From: an uncultured Clostridia bacterium
GTDB taxonomy: Bacteria > Bacillota > Clostridia > TANB77 > CAG-508
Assembly (NCBI GenBank): GCA_944391955.1
Contig: CALXVG010000001.1
Location: 249,916-313,915 of the forward strand
Direction: 5' to 3'
Length of the DNA: 64,000 nt
Made by a program: the position numbers and the translations under genes. Of this stretch, positions 38,941 to 50,270 are shown piece by piece. Positions within the stretch are counted from its first letter, which is position 1, and the number at the start of each line of letters is the position of its first letter. The notes below the pieces were generated by a model. That model saw only the letters and a program-made list of their open reading frames with translations. It did not search any database and was not told the origin of the DNA.

Positions 38941-39978
38941 TTATTCTTCTATTTCTATATAGTTATATGCACATGCCCTTAATAGTCTATTCATTATTGC
39001 TAGTCCTAGTCCGTCTTTTTGTACACCTTCAATTAAAACTATTTCTGCATTATATTTATCTACTTTTCTAAGTAGTGTAAATATATTATTACATATTTCT
39101 TCTAAAGTATTTCCCATTGCTAATTTATTTGTAGCATTGTATTTTTCTAGGTTTGATGTTCTGCATAGTATAACTGCATTTTTTTCATTTGATACCTCAT
39201 TTATTTTTTCTACCATTTTTTCATTATTATTGCTATATACTAAAATGCATTTTGTATTTGGTGCATAATGCTTGTATTTTATTCCTGGTGATAGGACTTT
39301 TTCTCCTTCTTCATATTTCCCTAAAATTTGTTTTTCAATTTCAACTTCTATTCCTAGGCTTTCTATGTCTTCCTTAGTTATTTTGCCTGGTCTTAAAATG
39401 TGTACTTTTCCGTCTATTACTCGTATTACTGTTGATTCTAGTCCTATATCTACCATTCCACCATCAATTATATACTCTACTTTTCCGTCTAATTCTTCAA
39501 GTATATCCTCTACAATTGTTCCGCTTGGTTTTCCTGAAATATTGGCACTTGGTGCAGCTATTGGTACTCCTGAATATTCTATTAATCTTTTGGCAATTTC
39601 ATTGCTTGGCATTCTTATAGCCACTGTTTCTAGACCTGCTGTTATTATATTTGGAACAATATTTGATTTATTAAATATAATTGTTAATGGTCCTGGCCAA
39701 AATTTTTCTATTAGTTTTTTTTCTCTTTCTCCTATTTCTGTTACTAGTTTTTTTAACATTTCTAAGTTTGATATATGTGCTATTAAAGGATTATCACTTG
39801 CTCTACCTTTTGCTTCATATATTTTTTTTACAGCTTTTTCATCTAATGCATTTGCTCCTATTCCATATACTGTTTCTGTTGGAAATAGTACTAAATTTCC
39901 TTGTTTTATTGCTTGAGCTGGTTCTTTTATTTTTTCATAGTTTTGATTATCTTTTAGGTTTATATATTTTGATTTCAT
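38941..39978 (-). CDS. tsaC: L-threonylcarbamoyladenylate synthase (Sua5/YwlC family)
   Basis: YRDC domain LVLFPTETVYGIGANALDEKAVKKIYEAKGRASDNPLIAH plus Sua5 C-terminal domain. Confidence 0.85.
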   Translation of the reverse strand: MKSKYINLKDNQNYEKIKEPAQAIKQGNLVLFPTETVYGIGANALDEKAVKKIYEAKGRASDNPLIAHISNLEMLKKLVTEIGEREKKLIEKFWPGPLTIIFNKSNIVPNIITAGLETVAIRMPSNEIAKRLIEYSGVPIAAPSANISGKPSGTIVEDILEELDGKVEYIIDGGMVDIGLESTVIRVIDGKVHILRPGKITKEDIESLGIEVEIEKQILGKYEEGEKVLSPGIKYKHYAPNTKCILVYSNNNEKMVEKINEVSNEKNAVILCRTSNLEKYNATNKLAMGNTLEEICNNIFTLLRKVDKYNAEIVLIEGVQKDGLGLAIMNRLLRACAYNYIEIEE

Positions 39979-39991
39979 GTTTTATCCTCTT

Positions 39992-41050
39992 TTAATCATC
40001 TAAGAATTCCTTGTATGTTTTTAAAATTTTTAAATTAAATTTCCCTGGTTTTATTTCTTCATTTTGTTTTACTTGTATTGATACTTCGTAAAGATCTTTC
40101 ATTTTTTCTAAATTTTCTTTTTTATGTCCTATTACATTATTTGCATCTGCAGGGTTTATTTCTATTTCTATCTCTGCTACTTTTGTATTTATTTTTTTGA
40201 TTTCTGCTAAGATTTTGTCATACCAAATACTGTCATCTACAAGCTGTCCAAATGCTTCATGATATGGTCCTGCAACTACTTCGCTTTGAATATTTTTAGG
40301 ATTTGATATTATATCTGTATTTTGTAGTCCTACTCTTATTACTTTTATTTTTTTATTTTCAAATAGATATCTCAATTCTTTGCATCTTTCAACAGCTTGT
40401 TCTACTGTTATTGGTTCATATTCTTTTTTATAGTATTCTTTTTCTAATTCTGTATTTTTTATAACAAGTACAGGATATAGTCTTATCATTTTTGGTTTTA
40501 ATTTTATTAAATCTTTTGCTGTATTAAGTTCATCTAGTCTTGTGCTATCTGGTAGTCCTACCATCATTTGATGTCCTAAGTTAAATCTATGTTTTCTAAT
40601 TAATTTTGAAGCTTTTACAACATCTTGAAAAGTGTGTCCTCTTTTGCATCTTTTTAAAATATAGTCATTGGTTGATTGTACTCCCAATTCTATTGTTTTT
40701 ACACCATATTTTTTTAGTAGCTTTAATTTTTCTTTATCTATATAATCTGGTCTTGTTGATACTCTAATTCCGTCTACTTGTTTGCTTTGTATGTATTTAT
40801 ATGCTATTTTAAGTAATTTTTCTTGTGTTTCTGTGTCTATTCCTGTAAAGCTTCCTCCAAAAAAAGCAATTTCTTTATATATGTCTTTTTCTTTAAATCC
40901 TTTTAGGAATTCTTTTATAGTCTTATCTACCTCTTCTTCTGTTATTTGCTTCATTTGCCCACTAATACTTTTTTGATTACAGAATGTACACTCATTTGGA
41001 CATCCTAAATGTGGCACAAATATTGGTATAATATATTGTTTTGACATCAA
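39992..41050 (-). CDS. Radical SAM family protein
   Basis: CxxxCxxC cluster motif HLGCPNECTFCNQ near the N-terminus; ~350 aa. Subfamily not assigned. Confidence 0.7.
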   Translation of the reverse strand: MMSKQYIIPIFVPHLGCPNECTFCNQKSISGQMKQITEEEVDKTIKEFLKGFKEKDIYKEIAFFGGSFTGIDTETQEKLLKIAYKYIQSKQVDGIRVSTRPDYIDKEKLKLLKKYGVKTIELGVQSTNDYILKRCKRGHTFQDVVKASKLIRKHRFNLGHQMMVGLPDSTRLDELNTAKDLIKLKPKMIRLYPVLVIKNTELEKEYYKKEYEPITVEQAVERCKELRYLFENKKIKVIRVGLQNTDIISNPKNIQSEVVAGPYHEAFGQLVDDSIWYDKILAEIKKINTKVAEIEIEINPADANNVIGHKKENLEKMKDLYEVSIQVKQNEEIKPGKFNLKILKTYKEFLDD

Positions 41051-41062
41051 ATCAATCCTTCC

Positions 41063-41734
41063 TTATATATTTTCTAATGCTTGTTTTGCTGCTTGCATTT
41101 CTGCTTCTTTTTTTGTTTTTCCGACTCCTCTTGCTAGACATTTACCATTGAATTTAACTTCTGCTATAAAGCTTTTGTCATGGTCTGGACCTTTTTCATC
41201 AATTATGTTGTATTGAATATCTACATTTCCATTTTTTTGGAGTTCTTCTTGTAATACTGTTTTATAATCTTTTTCTCCCGCATTTCTACTTTCTGTTGCT
41301 ATTACAGTTTTTAAATTGTCTAAAATAAATTTTTCTGCTTGTCTTAATCCTGCATCTTCATATATTGCTGCAATTACAGCTTCAACACTATCTGCTAATA
41401 TTGCAGGCTTTTTATCTCCATTACTTTTCTTTTCGCTTTTTCCTAAATATAGTAGTTGTCCAAAATCATATTTTAATGCTACTTTATATAAACTTTTTTC
41501 ACATACTACTGCTGCTCTTACTTTTGTCATATTTCCTTCTTTTAAATTATGATAATTATTAAATAAGTAATTACTTATAACAAATTCTAATATTGCATCT
41601 CCTAAAAATTCTAATTTTTCATTACTTTCAACTCTATTTTCATTTGCATATGATGTGTGTGTGAATGCTTTTTTTAATAGTTTGATATTTTTAAATTTGT
41701 ATTCTATTTTTTCTTGAAATTCTTCTAAGTTCAT
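41063..41734 (-). CDS. rnc: Ribonuclease III
   Basis: Signature ERLEFLGDAILEFVISNYLF and C-terminal dsRBD. Confidence 0.9.
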   Translation of the reverse strand: MNLEEFQEKIEYKFKNIKLLKKAFTHTSYANENRVESNEKLEFLGDAILEFVISNYLFNNYHNLKEGNMTKVRAAVVCEKSLYKVALKYDFGQLLYLGKSEKKSNGDKKPAILADSVEAVIAAIYEDAGLRQAEKFILDNLKTVIATESRNAGEKDYKTVLQEELQKNGNVDIQYNIIDEKGPDHDKSFIAEVKFNGKCLARGVGKTKKEAEMQAAKQALENI

Positions 41735-41756
41735 ATTCTCTCCCCTTTATACTGTG

Positions 41757-42398
41757 TTAATCTTTAGATTTTATCATTATTAGAATTCCTTTTTCTAATA
41801 ATATTTCTGCTTCTGGTTCTATTTGCTCATTGCTTATTCCTAAGCTGTCTCCTATATTTAATGTTGAATTTGTTAATAGATATTTAAACCCTTTTAATGT
41901 AAGATTTTCTACTTTTGTTGTTAATGGAATTAATGATATATATTTATATTTCTCATCTTTGCATATCTTTACATTCTTATCTATTAAAGTTATTTCATTG
42001 TTTTCATCTATTATTTTTATATCTATATTTTTTTGGATTGCTATTTTTAATATATGTATATTTGCAATTGTGTGATCTATTCTAGTCCCTATTGCTCCTA
42101 GGATAGTTATTTTATCACTTTTTAGGCTTATTGCTAAATTTATAGCTGAATGAGTATCTGTTAAGTCTTTTTCTGGATTTAATTCTGTTATATTTATATT
42201 TTCTTTTTTATATTTTCTCAATACATCTTGATTTACTGAATCAAAATCTCCTAATATGTAATCAGGCTTTATAGTTAAAGTATCTAATATTTCTAGTCCT
42301 CTATCAACAGCTATTATTATATCATATTTGTTTGTATTTAGATATTCTTTTACAAAATTTTTGGTTGTTTTTCCTCCAGTAATTATAATTGCATTCAT
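41757..42398 (-). CDS. thiN: Thiamine pyrophosphokinase
   Basis: IIAVDRGLEILDTLTIKPDYILGDFDSV resembles the TPK catalytic-domain signature; ~210 aa. Confidence 0.8.
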   Translation of the reverse strand: MNAIIITGGKTTKNFVKEYLNTNKYDIIIAVDRGLEILDTLTIKPDYILGDFDSVNQDVLRKYKKENINITELNPEKDLTDTHSAINLAISLKSDKITILGAIGTRIDHTIANIHILKIAIQKNIDIKIIDENNEITLIDKNVKICKDEKYKYISLIPLTTKVENLTLKGFKYLLTNSTLNIGDSLGISNEQIEPEAEILLEKGILIMIKSKD

Positions 42399-42500
42399 AT
42401 TTAATTACATTCCTTCCTATTGTAATTATTTTTCAACCTTTATCCTTATATTTACAATTTTAGAGGTTAGCATATCTAACCTCTAATTTTAAACATAATT

Positions 42501-43700
42501 TTATTTAACTAGTTTCATTGTCTCTCTTGCAATTTCTAGTTCTTCGTTTGTTTGTATTACTATCATTTTTATTTTTGATTCTGGTTTGCTAATTACACCT
42601 GAATAGTTTTCATCACTATTGTGTGAACTGTCAAATACTATTCCTAATGGTTCTAATCCTTCTACACATTTATTTAAAACATCTGGATTATGTTCTCCTA
42701 TTCCACCTTCAAATATGATAGCATCTACTTTTCCTAGCACTGCCATATATGAACCAATATATTTTTTTACTCTATATGCAAACATGTTTATTGCAAGTTC
42801 TGCTTGTGTATTTCCTTCATCAATTAATCCTTTTAGATCTCTTATATCTCCTGTTGCTTGTGATATTCCTAATAATCCTGATTTTTTATTTAATACTGTC
42901 ATCATTTCATCAATTGATAAGTTTTCTTTTTTCATAACAAATTCAAGAACTGCTGGGTCTAAGTCTCCTGATCTTGTTCCCATAATTAGTCCTTCTAATG
43001 GAGTTAATCCCATTGATGTATCTACACATACTCCACCTTTAATTGCTGCTATGCTTGAACCATTTCCTAAGTGGCAAGATATTATATTTATATCTTCTTT
43101 TTTCTTTCCTAATTGTTTTGCAGCTTCTTCTGCTATAAATTTATGTGAGCTTCCATGTGCTCCATATCTTTTTATTGCATATTTTTCATAATATTCATAT
43201 GGTATTGCATATAATGCTGCATAATCTGGTATTGTTGTATGGAATGCTGTATCAAATACTAGTACTTCTGGTACATTTGGCATTAATTTCATACATGCAT
43301 TTATTCCTTGTAAATGTGCTGGGTTATGTAGTGGTGCATATTCAATTGATGTATTATATTCTTCCATTACTTCATCTGTTACTAGTACAGATTTTGTGAA
43401 ATTTGGTCCTCCATGTACTATTCTGTGTCCTATTGCATCTATTTCACTTACATCTTTTATTGCTCCTACTTTTTCGTCTAATAAGTATTTCATTATGGTT
43501 TCAAATGCTACTGTATGGTTTGGCAGTGGCAATTCTTCTTTTATTTTTTGTCCTTTGCTTTTGTATTCTATGAATGGGCTTTCTATTGCTTTTACCCCTA
43601 TTCTATCACATTTTCCTGATGCTAATACTTCATTATTGTCCATATTAATTAATTGATATTTTAATGATGAACTTCCACAATTTACTACTAATATTTTCAT
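42501..43700 (-). CDS. ackA: Acetate kinase
   Basis: MKILVVNCGSSSLKYQLI N-terminus, VHGGPNF, and C-terminal ATP-binding motifs. Confidence 0.95.
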   Translation of the reverse strand: MKILVVNCGSSSLKYQLINMDNNEVLASGKCDRIGVKAIESPFIEYKSKGQKIKEELPLPNHTVAFETIMKYLLDEKVGAIKDVSEIDAIGHRIVHGGPNFTKSVLVTDEVMEEYNTSIEYAPLHNPAHLQGINACMKLMPNVPEVLVFDTAFHTTIPDYAALYAIPYEYYEKYAIKRYGAHGSSHKFIAEEAAKQLGKKKEDINIISCHLGNGSSIAAIKGGVCVDTSMGLTPLEGLIMGTRSGDLDPAVLEFVMKKENLSIDEMMTVLNKKSGLLGISQATGDIRDLKGLIDEGNTQAELAINMFAYRVKKYIGSYMAVLGKVDAIIFEGGIGEHNPDVLNKCVEGLEPLGIVFDSSHNSDENYSGVISKPESKIKMIVIQTNEELEIARETMKLVK

Positions 43701-43743
43701 TTCTATTCTCCTTTATGAATTAAATTTTATTTCTATACATGTT

Positions 43744-44739
43744 TTATTCTAATGCTTGCAGACATGTAATTGCAACTGCTCCTACTATGTCATCTGCCTT
43801 GCATCCTCTTGACAAGTCATTTACTGGTTTTGCTATACCTTGGCAGATAGGACCATATGCTTCTGCTTTTGCTAATCTCTCTACTAATTTGTATCCTATA
43901 TTTCCTGCATTCAAATCTGGAAATACTAGTATATTTGCATGTCCTGCAACTGGACTACATGGTGCTTTTGATGCTGCAACTTTTGGAACTATTGCTGCAT
44001 CTAATTGTAATTCTCCATCTATGCTTAATTCAGGTGCTTTTTCTTTTGCAAGTCTTGTTGCTTCTTGTACTTTTTCTACATCTTCTGATTTTGCACTTCC
44101 AAGTGTTGAATATGATAGCATTGCTACTTTTGGTTCTTTTTTTACTAACTTTTTAAAACTTTGTGCTGAAGATATTGCTATTTCAGATAATTCTTCACTA
44201 TTTGGTTTTGGATTTAATCCACAGTCTGCAAACATTAATACACCATCTTCTCCATAATCTTTGTGTGGAAGAATTAATAAGTTAAATGTTGATACTATTG
44301 TGGTTCCTGGTTTTGTTTTTAATATTTGTAGTGCTGGTCTTAAAGTGTCTGCTGTTGAATGCGCTGCTCCTGAAACTAGTCCGTCTGCTTCATCTTTTTT
44401 TACCATAATCATTCCAAAATATACAGGATCTTTTACTAATTCTTTTGCTTGTTCTAATGTCATTCCTTTTGCTTTTCTAAGTTCATATAAAAATGTTGAA
44501 TATTCTTCATGTTTTTCAGAATTTATTGAATCTATTATCTCTGCTTTTGATATATCAAAATTATATTCCTTTGCTAATTTTAAAATTTCTTCTTTATTTC
44601 CTATTAATACTATTTTTGCAAATCCTTCTTTTGTAATTTTTGCTGTTGCTTCTAGTGTTCTTATATCTGTTGCTTCTGGTAATACTATGGTTTTTACTTT
44701 TGTTTTTGCTAACTCCTTTATTTCATCAATAAAACTCAT
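43744..44739 (-). CDS. pta: Phosphate acetyltransferase
   Basis: MSFIDEIKELAKTKVKTIVLPEATDIRTLEA ... GAAHSTADTLRPALQILKT; classic Pta, adjacent to ackA. Confidence 0.95.
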   Translation of the reverse strand: MSFIDEIKELAKTKVKTIVLPEATDIRTLEATAKITKEGFAKIVLIGNKEEILKLAKEYNFDISKAEIIDSINSEKHEEYSTFLYELRKAKGMTLEQAKELVKDPVYFGMIMVKKDEADGLVSGAAHSTADTLRPALQILKTKPGTTIVSTFNLLILPHKDYGEDGVLMFADCGLNPKPNSEELSEIAISSAQSFKKLVKKEPKVAMLSYSTLGSAKSEDVEKVQEATRLAKEKAPELSIDGELQLDAAIVPKVAASKAPCSPVAGHANILVFPDLNAGNIGYKLVERLAKAEAYGPICQGIAKPVNDLSRGCKADDIVGAVAITCLQALE

Positions 44740-44856
44740 CTTTTATTCCTCCTAATCAACTTTATAATTATATAACAATTTCTTAGCAAATACAATATTT
44801 TGGGCGAAAAAACTAAAACAAAAGAGAGCTTTATCTCTCTTTTGTTTCTGTATTTA

Positions 44857-46585
44857 TTATATTACAAATTTCTTTATCAAACCTATTCCTATCGCTAAAC
44901 ATATTAATACTGTTAATGTTATTCCCGCATAATCTTCGAAAGCACCTGTATGTATTTCTAATATTACTAATGCTTTGTCATCATCATCTTCTTGTTGTTC
45001 ATCATAACCATCTGGTTTGACATTGTCTGGTACAGAATCTATGTCTGGTGCATCTTTATCGTTATAGTCTTCACTTATTTCTGCTATATTTGTTTTTAAC
45101 CCTAAATTGTCTGAACCATTTATCCATGTAAATATTACTTCAACTTCTGCTGATTCACCTGGTTGTAATAATGTTCCTTCTAATGCTCTTGTTGCAATTG
45201 TATTATCCCCTGTTTTTGTCCATAATGGGTTATCTTCTTGAACAAATGTTAATCCTGCTGGTATATAATCTGTAATTTCAGTTGCATATCCTGCAATTTC
45301 ACCTTGGTTTATTATTCTTATTCTATATACAAATTTTACAACTGTGCTGTCTATTTTTTTCTTGTCGATTACAACTTTTGCAACTGGTTCTGGGTCATCT
45401 TCTGGTGTAAATCCTGTTTCTGTTATTACTGTTACTCCATCTACTGTTACTATTGTTTTTGTTACCCATTTTAATAATGCTAAATCAAAATATTTTACAT
45501 AGATATGTTCAACATCTTGGTCATCTTCGCCTTCATTCCATTCGTTTGGTATTGAGTCGTCATCGTCAATGTCTATTTCGTTTCCGTCTTCATCTACTGC
45601 TTTGTCTGCTGTAATATGTGCTTTGTTTGTAATTATTCTATCTGCTGATGTTATGTTTTGTTCTACAACTTGGAATACTACTTTTACTTCTGCATAATCT
45701 GGATTATATGGTTCTGTTGTGCTTATTGCTTTTGTTGAATCAAACGGTTGTAATAATTCATCTTTTAAATAATCTGTTCTTATTTCAACTGCTTGTGTTG
45801 GGTCTGCTGTTTCATTTCCACTTGCATCATACATCTTCCAACCATATTGCACGTTTGTTTCGTTTGTTGGAAGGAATATTACTCCGTCTGGAATATCATC
45901 AGCTATTTCTGTTGCGTATCCTAAAACTGTTCCTTCATTATATACTCTGATTGTATATGTTACTAAATCACTATTTGCTACTAGGAGAGGTGTTTTGTCA
46001 TGCTCGTATTTTATTTCTCCATTTTCATCTAGTGTTGGTTGTGGTATTCTTGTTGTTACTGCTTCATCATTTACACTTGTTATGAATTTTCTTAGTGCTA
46101 AATCAAATATGGTTAATTTTTCATTTGGTATAATTATTGTTATAACATCTGTTCCTTTTTCGCATATTACTTCTGCACCGTAAAAACTCATTTCCTTCCA
46201 TGTCTTCAAGAGTTGCTTCATATATTATATATGCTGTTTTATCATGATTTAATCCAGTTTTTACTCTTAACCTAAATGGATTATTTAATTTTACATAACC
46301 TGATGGTGCTGTTATTTCTGTGATTTCAAATACAAACTCTTGATTCTCTGATGTAATTGTTATTTCTTCTGATGTAAACGTTCCATTGTTATCAGTAGTG
46401 ATTGATAATGTGTTTGCATCTTGAACAATTTCAAATATTCCTCCTGCAATTTTATTATAGTCTTCATCCACTTTATTGATTTCTATTGAAAATTTTGTTT
46501 GTTCTACTGCATATGATTGAGTTTGTAATATTAATATTAACAGAAATATAATCGCACATATCAATATTACATTTCTTATCTTCAT
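44857..46585 (-). pseudogene. Surface adhesin paralog (signal peptide + Cna-B-like + DUF11-like repeat domains + C-terminal sorting-signal-like tail) interrupted by a frameshift at an A5/T5 run near 46180
   Basis: ORF 46121-46585 (MKIRNV..., signal peptide) and ORF 44857-46221 are in different frames overlapping by 100 nt. Both halves are homologous to contiguous parts of the 1227-aa neighbour; the frame switch maps to CCGTAAAAACTC. Confidence 0.65.
44949..46110. repeat. Segmental duplication copy 1 (about 1.16 kb, near-identical to 46699-47860)
   Basis: Direct comparison: about 1 kb essentially identical (one mismatch seen), then ~95% identity. The identical antisense ORFs 45648-45950 and 47396-47698 in the track confirm it. 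Confidence 0.9.
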
Positions 46586-46604
46586 AATTTCTCTACCTTT
46601 TCTA

Positions 46605-49600
46605 CTATACTACAACCTTCTTAATTAGCACTATTCCTCCTGCTAATATAGTTAATACAACTAATACTAACCACATATATGATGTATTTCCACCTGTTTG
46701 TATTTCTAATATTACTAATGCCTTGTCATCATCATCTTCTTGTTGTTCATCATAACCATCTGGTTTGACATTGTCTGGTACAGAATCTATGTCTGGTGCA
46801 TCTTTATCGTTATAGTCTTCACTTATTTCTGCTATATTTGTTTTTAACCCTAAATTGTCTGAACCATTTATCCATGTAAATATTACTTCAACTTCTGCTG
46901 ATTCACCTGGTTGTAATAATGTTCCTTCTAATGCTCTTGTTGCAATTGTATTATCCCCTGTTTTTGTCCATAATGGGTTATCTTCTTGAACAAATGTTAA
47001 TCCTGCTGGTATATAATCTGTAATTTCAGTTGCATATCCTGCAATTTCACCTTGGTTTATTATTCTTATTCTATATACAAATTTTACAACTGTGCTGTCT
47101 ATTTTTTTCTTGTCGATTACAACTTTTGCAACTGGTTCTGGGTCATCTTCTGGTGTAAATCCTGTTTCTGTTATTACTGTTACTCCATCTACTGTTACTA
47201 TTGTTTTTGTTACCCATTTTAATAATGCTAAATCAAAATATTTTACATAGATATGTTCAACATCTTGGTCATCTTCGCCTTCATTCCATTCGTTTGGTAT
47301 TGAGTCGTCATCGTCAATGTCTATTTCGTTTCCGTCTTCATCTACTGCTTTGTCTGCTGTAATATGTGCTTTGTTTGTAATTATTCTATCTGCTGATGTT
47401 ATGTTTTGTTCTACAACTTGGAATACTACTTTTACTTCTGCATAATCTGGATTATATGGTTCTGTTGTGCTTATTGCTTTTGTTGAATCAAACGGTTGTA
47501 ATAATTCATCTTTTAAATAATCTGTTCTTATTTCAACTGCTTGTGTTGGGTCTGCTGTTTCATTTCCACTTGCATCATACATCTTCCAACCATATTGCAC
47601 GTTTGTTTCGTTTGTTGGAAGGAATATTACTCCGTCTGGAATATCATCAGCTATTTCTGTTGCGTATCCTAAAACTGTTCCTTCATTATATACTCTGATT
47701 GTATATGTTACTAAATCACTATTTGCTACTTCAACAGGTGTTTTATCATGCTCATATTTTATTTCTCCATTTTCGTCTAATGTTGGTTGTGGTATTCTTG
47801 TTGTTACTGCTTCATCATTTACACCTGTTATGAATTTTCTTAATGCTAAATCAAAATGTCTTAATACTAATGGTTCATAGTCATCATCATCTTGTTGATA
47901 AGAACTATTGTCTGATGGTGGATTATAGTTATCTATATCTACATTGTCTGGTCTTGAATCTCTATCATCAATATTTAAAATGTTTCCATCTTCATCTAAA
48001 ACTTTATCTTCTTTTATTTCTGCTATATTTCTTAAAATTCCTTCATAAGTATTTTCTGCTAATACTATACATGTTACTTCAATTTCTCTATAGTATAATC
48101 CATCTGTTCCATTTATTGATTGTTGCCATGTATCTGTTGCTTCTATATCTGCTGCTGTTTTTTCTGGGTCATATGCTTTTATTATTGAGTTTTCTAATGC
48201 TGTTGAATAAATTTGTGCTTTTCCTGCCAATATTCTTACATCACTTAGTGTTGTTACATTGTTAAAGTCGGTTACTGCCAAGTTTGTTACAAGATCTTCT
48301 GTCGCATATAATCCATCAGTTCCAACTAGATTTACAGTTTGATTTGTTCCATCTACCACTGGATGCCAGAAGTTATTTGTATTTTCTTTATAATCCATTA
48401 GATATCCTAATCCTTCTGGTATATAATCTGCAATTTGTGTTGCATATCCATCTAGTTCCCCTTCATTATAAATTCTTATTTTATATGTAACTATGTCACC
48501 TTGTTTAACTACTACTGGTGTTTTTGGATGTATATATTTTGCTGTTGTTATCTTTTCGCCTGTTGTAGCATCTACTCCGTTTAAATCTGTTGTATCTACT
48601 TTTGGTGTTCTATCATCATCACCTGTTAATGATATTCCATTTATTTTTGTTATATATTTTCTTAATGCTAAATCAAATTCTTTTGTCTTACTATTTTCTA
48701 CTGTTATTGTTACAATATTTCCATCTACTGTAAAGCTTGGTTGTACTCCTGGTACATCTACTATTGCTCCTGTTGAATCTACTATTTCAACTTTTTCTAT
48801 AACATATGTTGTACCATCATCACTTAATTTAGTAGTAACTTTTATTCTGAATGGTCCGTTAATTCCTACATATCCTGATGGAACTGTGGTTTCTTCTATA
48901 TTAAATGTAAATGTTTGTCCTTCATCTGTTATTGTTATTTCAACTGTTTCAAATGTTCCGTCTCCATTATCTCTTAATATTATTGTTTCTCTTCCTTCTG
49001 TTTCATCTATTACTGTAAATCCTGCACCTATTAAAAGATTTCCGTCAGGGTCTACTTTTCTTATTTGTAATTTTAGATTACCTGTAATTCGTTTTGTTGT
49101 TATTTTATCTGTTTCTGTGATTTTTTCTTTTTCTACTTTTAATATAGGTTGTTGATCAGCTTCATCTGCTGTCCATAAACTTGCTGTTGTTTTGAAATAT
49201 GTTGTTGTTGTTTCAACTGTTATTTCTGATAAATCATAAACTGAAGCATATAAAGATGGTATATATACATATACATCGCCATTTCCTATTAAATCATCTA
49301 AAGTTATCTGTAATCCTTGTTCATTAAATAGTACTGGTAAATCTTCTTCTGTTTTTTCTGGTATTTCTACATTTTGTCCATCTTTTATTTTTACTGTTAC
49401 ATCAAAGTCATCTGTTACATCTGTTTTCTTTATGTTGATTGGTCCTATTACATAATCTCCTTGTGCGTTTGTTGTTATAGTTAATGGATTTGTTTTATCT
49501 ATTTCTACTCTTTGTAATCCGACATTTAAATCTCTTACTACTGCATTTCCATATTGTGCTGCATTTGCTTTTGCATTATCTATAAAATATCTATATAATG

Positions 49601-50270
49601 CATCTATTTGATCTACTTCACTTACTGTGCTGTATGAATTTCCATTTTTCTTTAGTATTGAACTTATATATACTGAATCTGCTAATGATAATGAGTAGTC
49701 TTGTCCGTTTAAATCATAGTTTGCAAAATACCATAATGCCATTTGTTGTATTACTTCAATTTCATCATCTGTTAAAGTAGAATTCTCTAATCCTGCTTTC
49801 TTTAGAAAAGCTGCTCTATCCATGTCTGGATTTTCTGGTAAATACATATTATCTACAATCCACAATATTGCATTATATGAATTATCAGTATCAATATTAG
49901 TATATCCAATTACATTTTGATAGTAATCTATGATTCTATCTGATTCTTGTTTTAAATCTCCATATTTTGTGTATGTTACTGGATCTGTTGTTCCTGTTAG
50001 GTCTATACTTCCAAATCCTAGTCCACTTCTTAAACAATATAATGCAAAATAATCATCTACAGTGTATACACCATCTTTTAAGACTTTAAATACTCTTGCA
50101 TCTTTCTGAGTTCCTTGCCCTCCAACTGTTGCTGTAAAACTTGAATTTGTGTATGGTCTTTCATCTACAATGTTTAAATTCATCGTATCAGTTGCATAAG
50201 CAATATTTGATAAAATTAATAAAATTAAAATAATACTTGTGGTAATTAGTGATATTTTTAATCTTTTCAT
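46605..50270 (-). CDS. Giant cell-surface adhesin (signal peptide, Cna-B-type and DUF11-like Ig-fold repeats, C-terminal sorting-signal-like motif + TM + KK tail)
   Basis: 1221 aa from MKRLKISL (AGGAGAGG RBS). Repeats FDLALRK(F/Y)IT. C-terminus LEIQTGG + hydrophobic helix + KKVVV. Confidence 0.8.
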   Translation of the reverse strand: MKRLKISLITTSIILILLILSNIAYATDTMNLNIVDERPYTNSSFTATVGGQGTQKDARVFKVLKDGVYTVDDYFALYCLRSGLGFGSIDLTGTTDPVTYTKYGDLKQESDRIIDYYQNVIGYTNIDTDNSYNAILWIVDNMYLPENPDMDRAAFLKKAGLENSTLTDDEIEVIQQMALWYFANYDLNGQDYSLSLADSVYISSILKKNGNSYSTVSEVDQIDALYRYFIDNAKANAAQYGNAVVRDLNVGLQRVEIDKTNPLTITTNAQGDYVIGPINIKKTDVTDDFDVTVKIKDGQNVEIPEKTEEDLPVLFNEQGLQITLDDLIGNGDVYVYIPSLYASVYDLSEITVETTTTYFKTTASLWTADEADQQPILKVEKEKITETDKITTKRITGNLKLQIRKVDPDGNLLIGAGFTVIDETEGRETIILRDNGDGTFETVEITITDEGQTFTFNIEETTVPSGYVGINGPFRIKVTTKLSDDGTTYVIEKVEIVDSTGAIVDVPGVQPSFTVDGNIVTITVENSKTKEFDLALRKYITKINGISLTGDDDRTPKVDTTDLNGVDATTGEKITTAKYIHPKTPVVVKQGDIVTYKIRIYNEGELDGYATQIADYIPEGLGYLMDYKENTNNFWHPVVDGTNQTVNLVGTDGLYATEDLVTNLAVTDFNNVTTLSDVRILAGKAQIYSTALENSIIKAYDPEKTAADIEATDTWQQSINGTDGLYYREIEVTCIVLAENTYEGILRNIAEIKEDKVLDEDGNILNIDDRDSRPDNVDIDNYNPPSDNSSYQQDDDDYEPLVLRHFDLALRKFITGVNDEAVTTRIPQPTLDENGEIKYEHDKTPVEVANSDLVTYTIRVYNEGTVLGYATEIADDIPDGVIFLPTNETNVQYGWKMYDASGNETADPTQAVEIRTDYLKDELLQPFDSTKAISTTEPYNPDYAEVKVVFQVVEQNITSADRIITNKAHITADKAVDEDGNEIDIDDDDSIPNEWNEGEDDQDVEHIYVKYFDLALLKWVTKTIVTVDGVTVITETGFTPEDDPEPVAKVVIDKKKIDSTVVKFVYRIRIINQGEIAGYATEITDYIPAGLTFVQEDNPLWTKTGDNTIATRALEGTLLQPGESAEVEVIFTWINGSDNLGLKTNIAEISEDYNDKDAPDIDSVPDNVKPDGYDEQQEDDDDKALVILEIQTGGNTSYMWLVLVVLTILAGGIVLIKKVVV
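46699..47860. repeat. Segmental duplication copy 2
   Basis: See copy 1; offset exactly 1750 bp. Confidence 0.9.
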
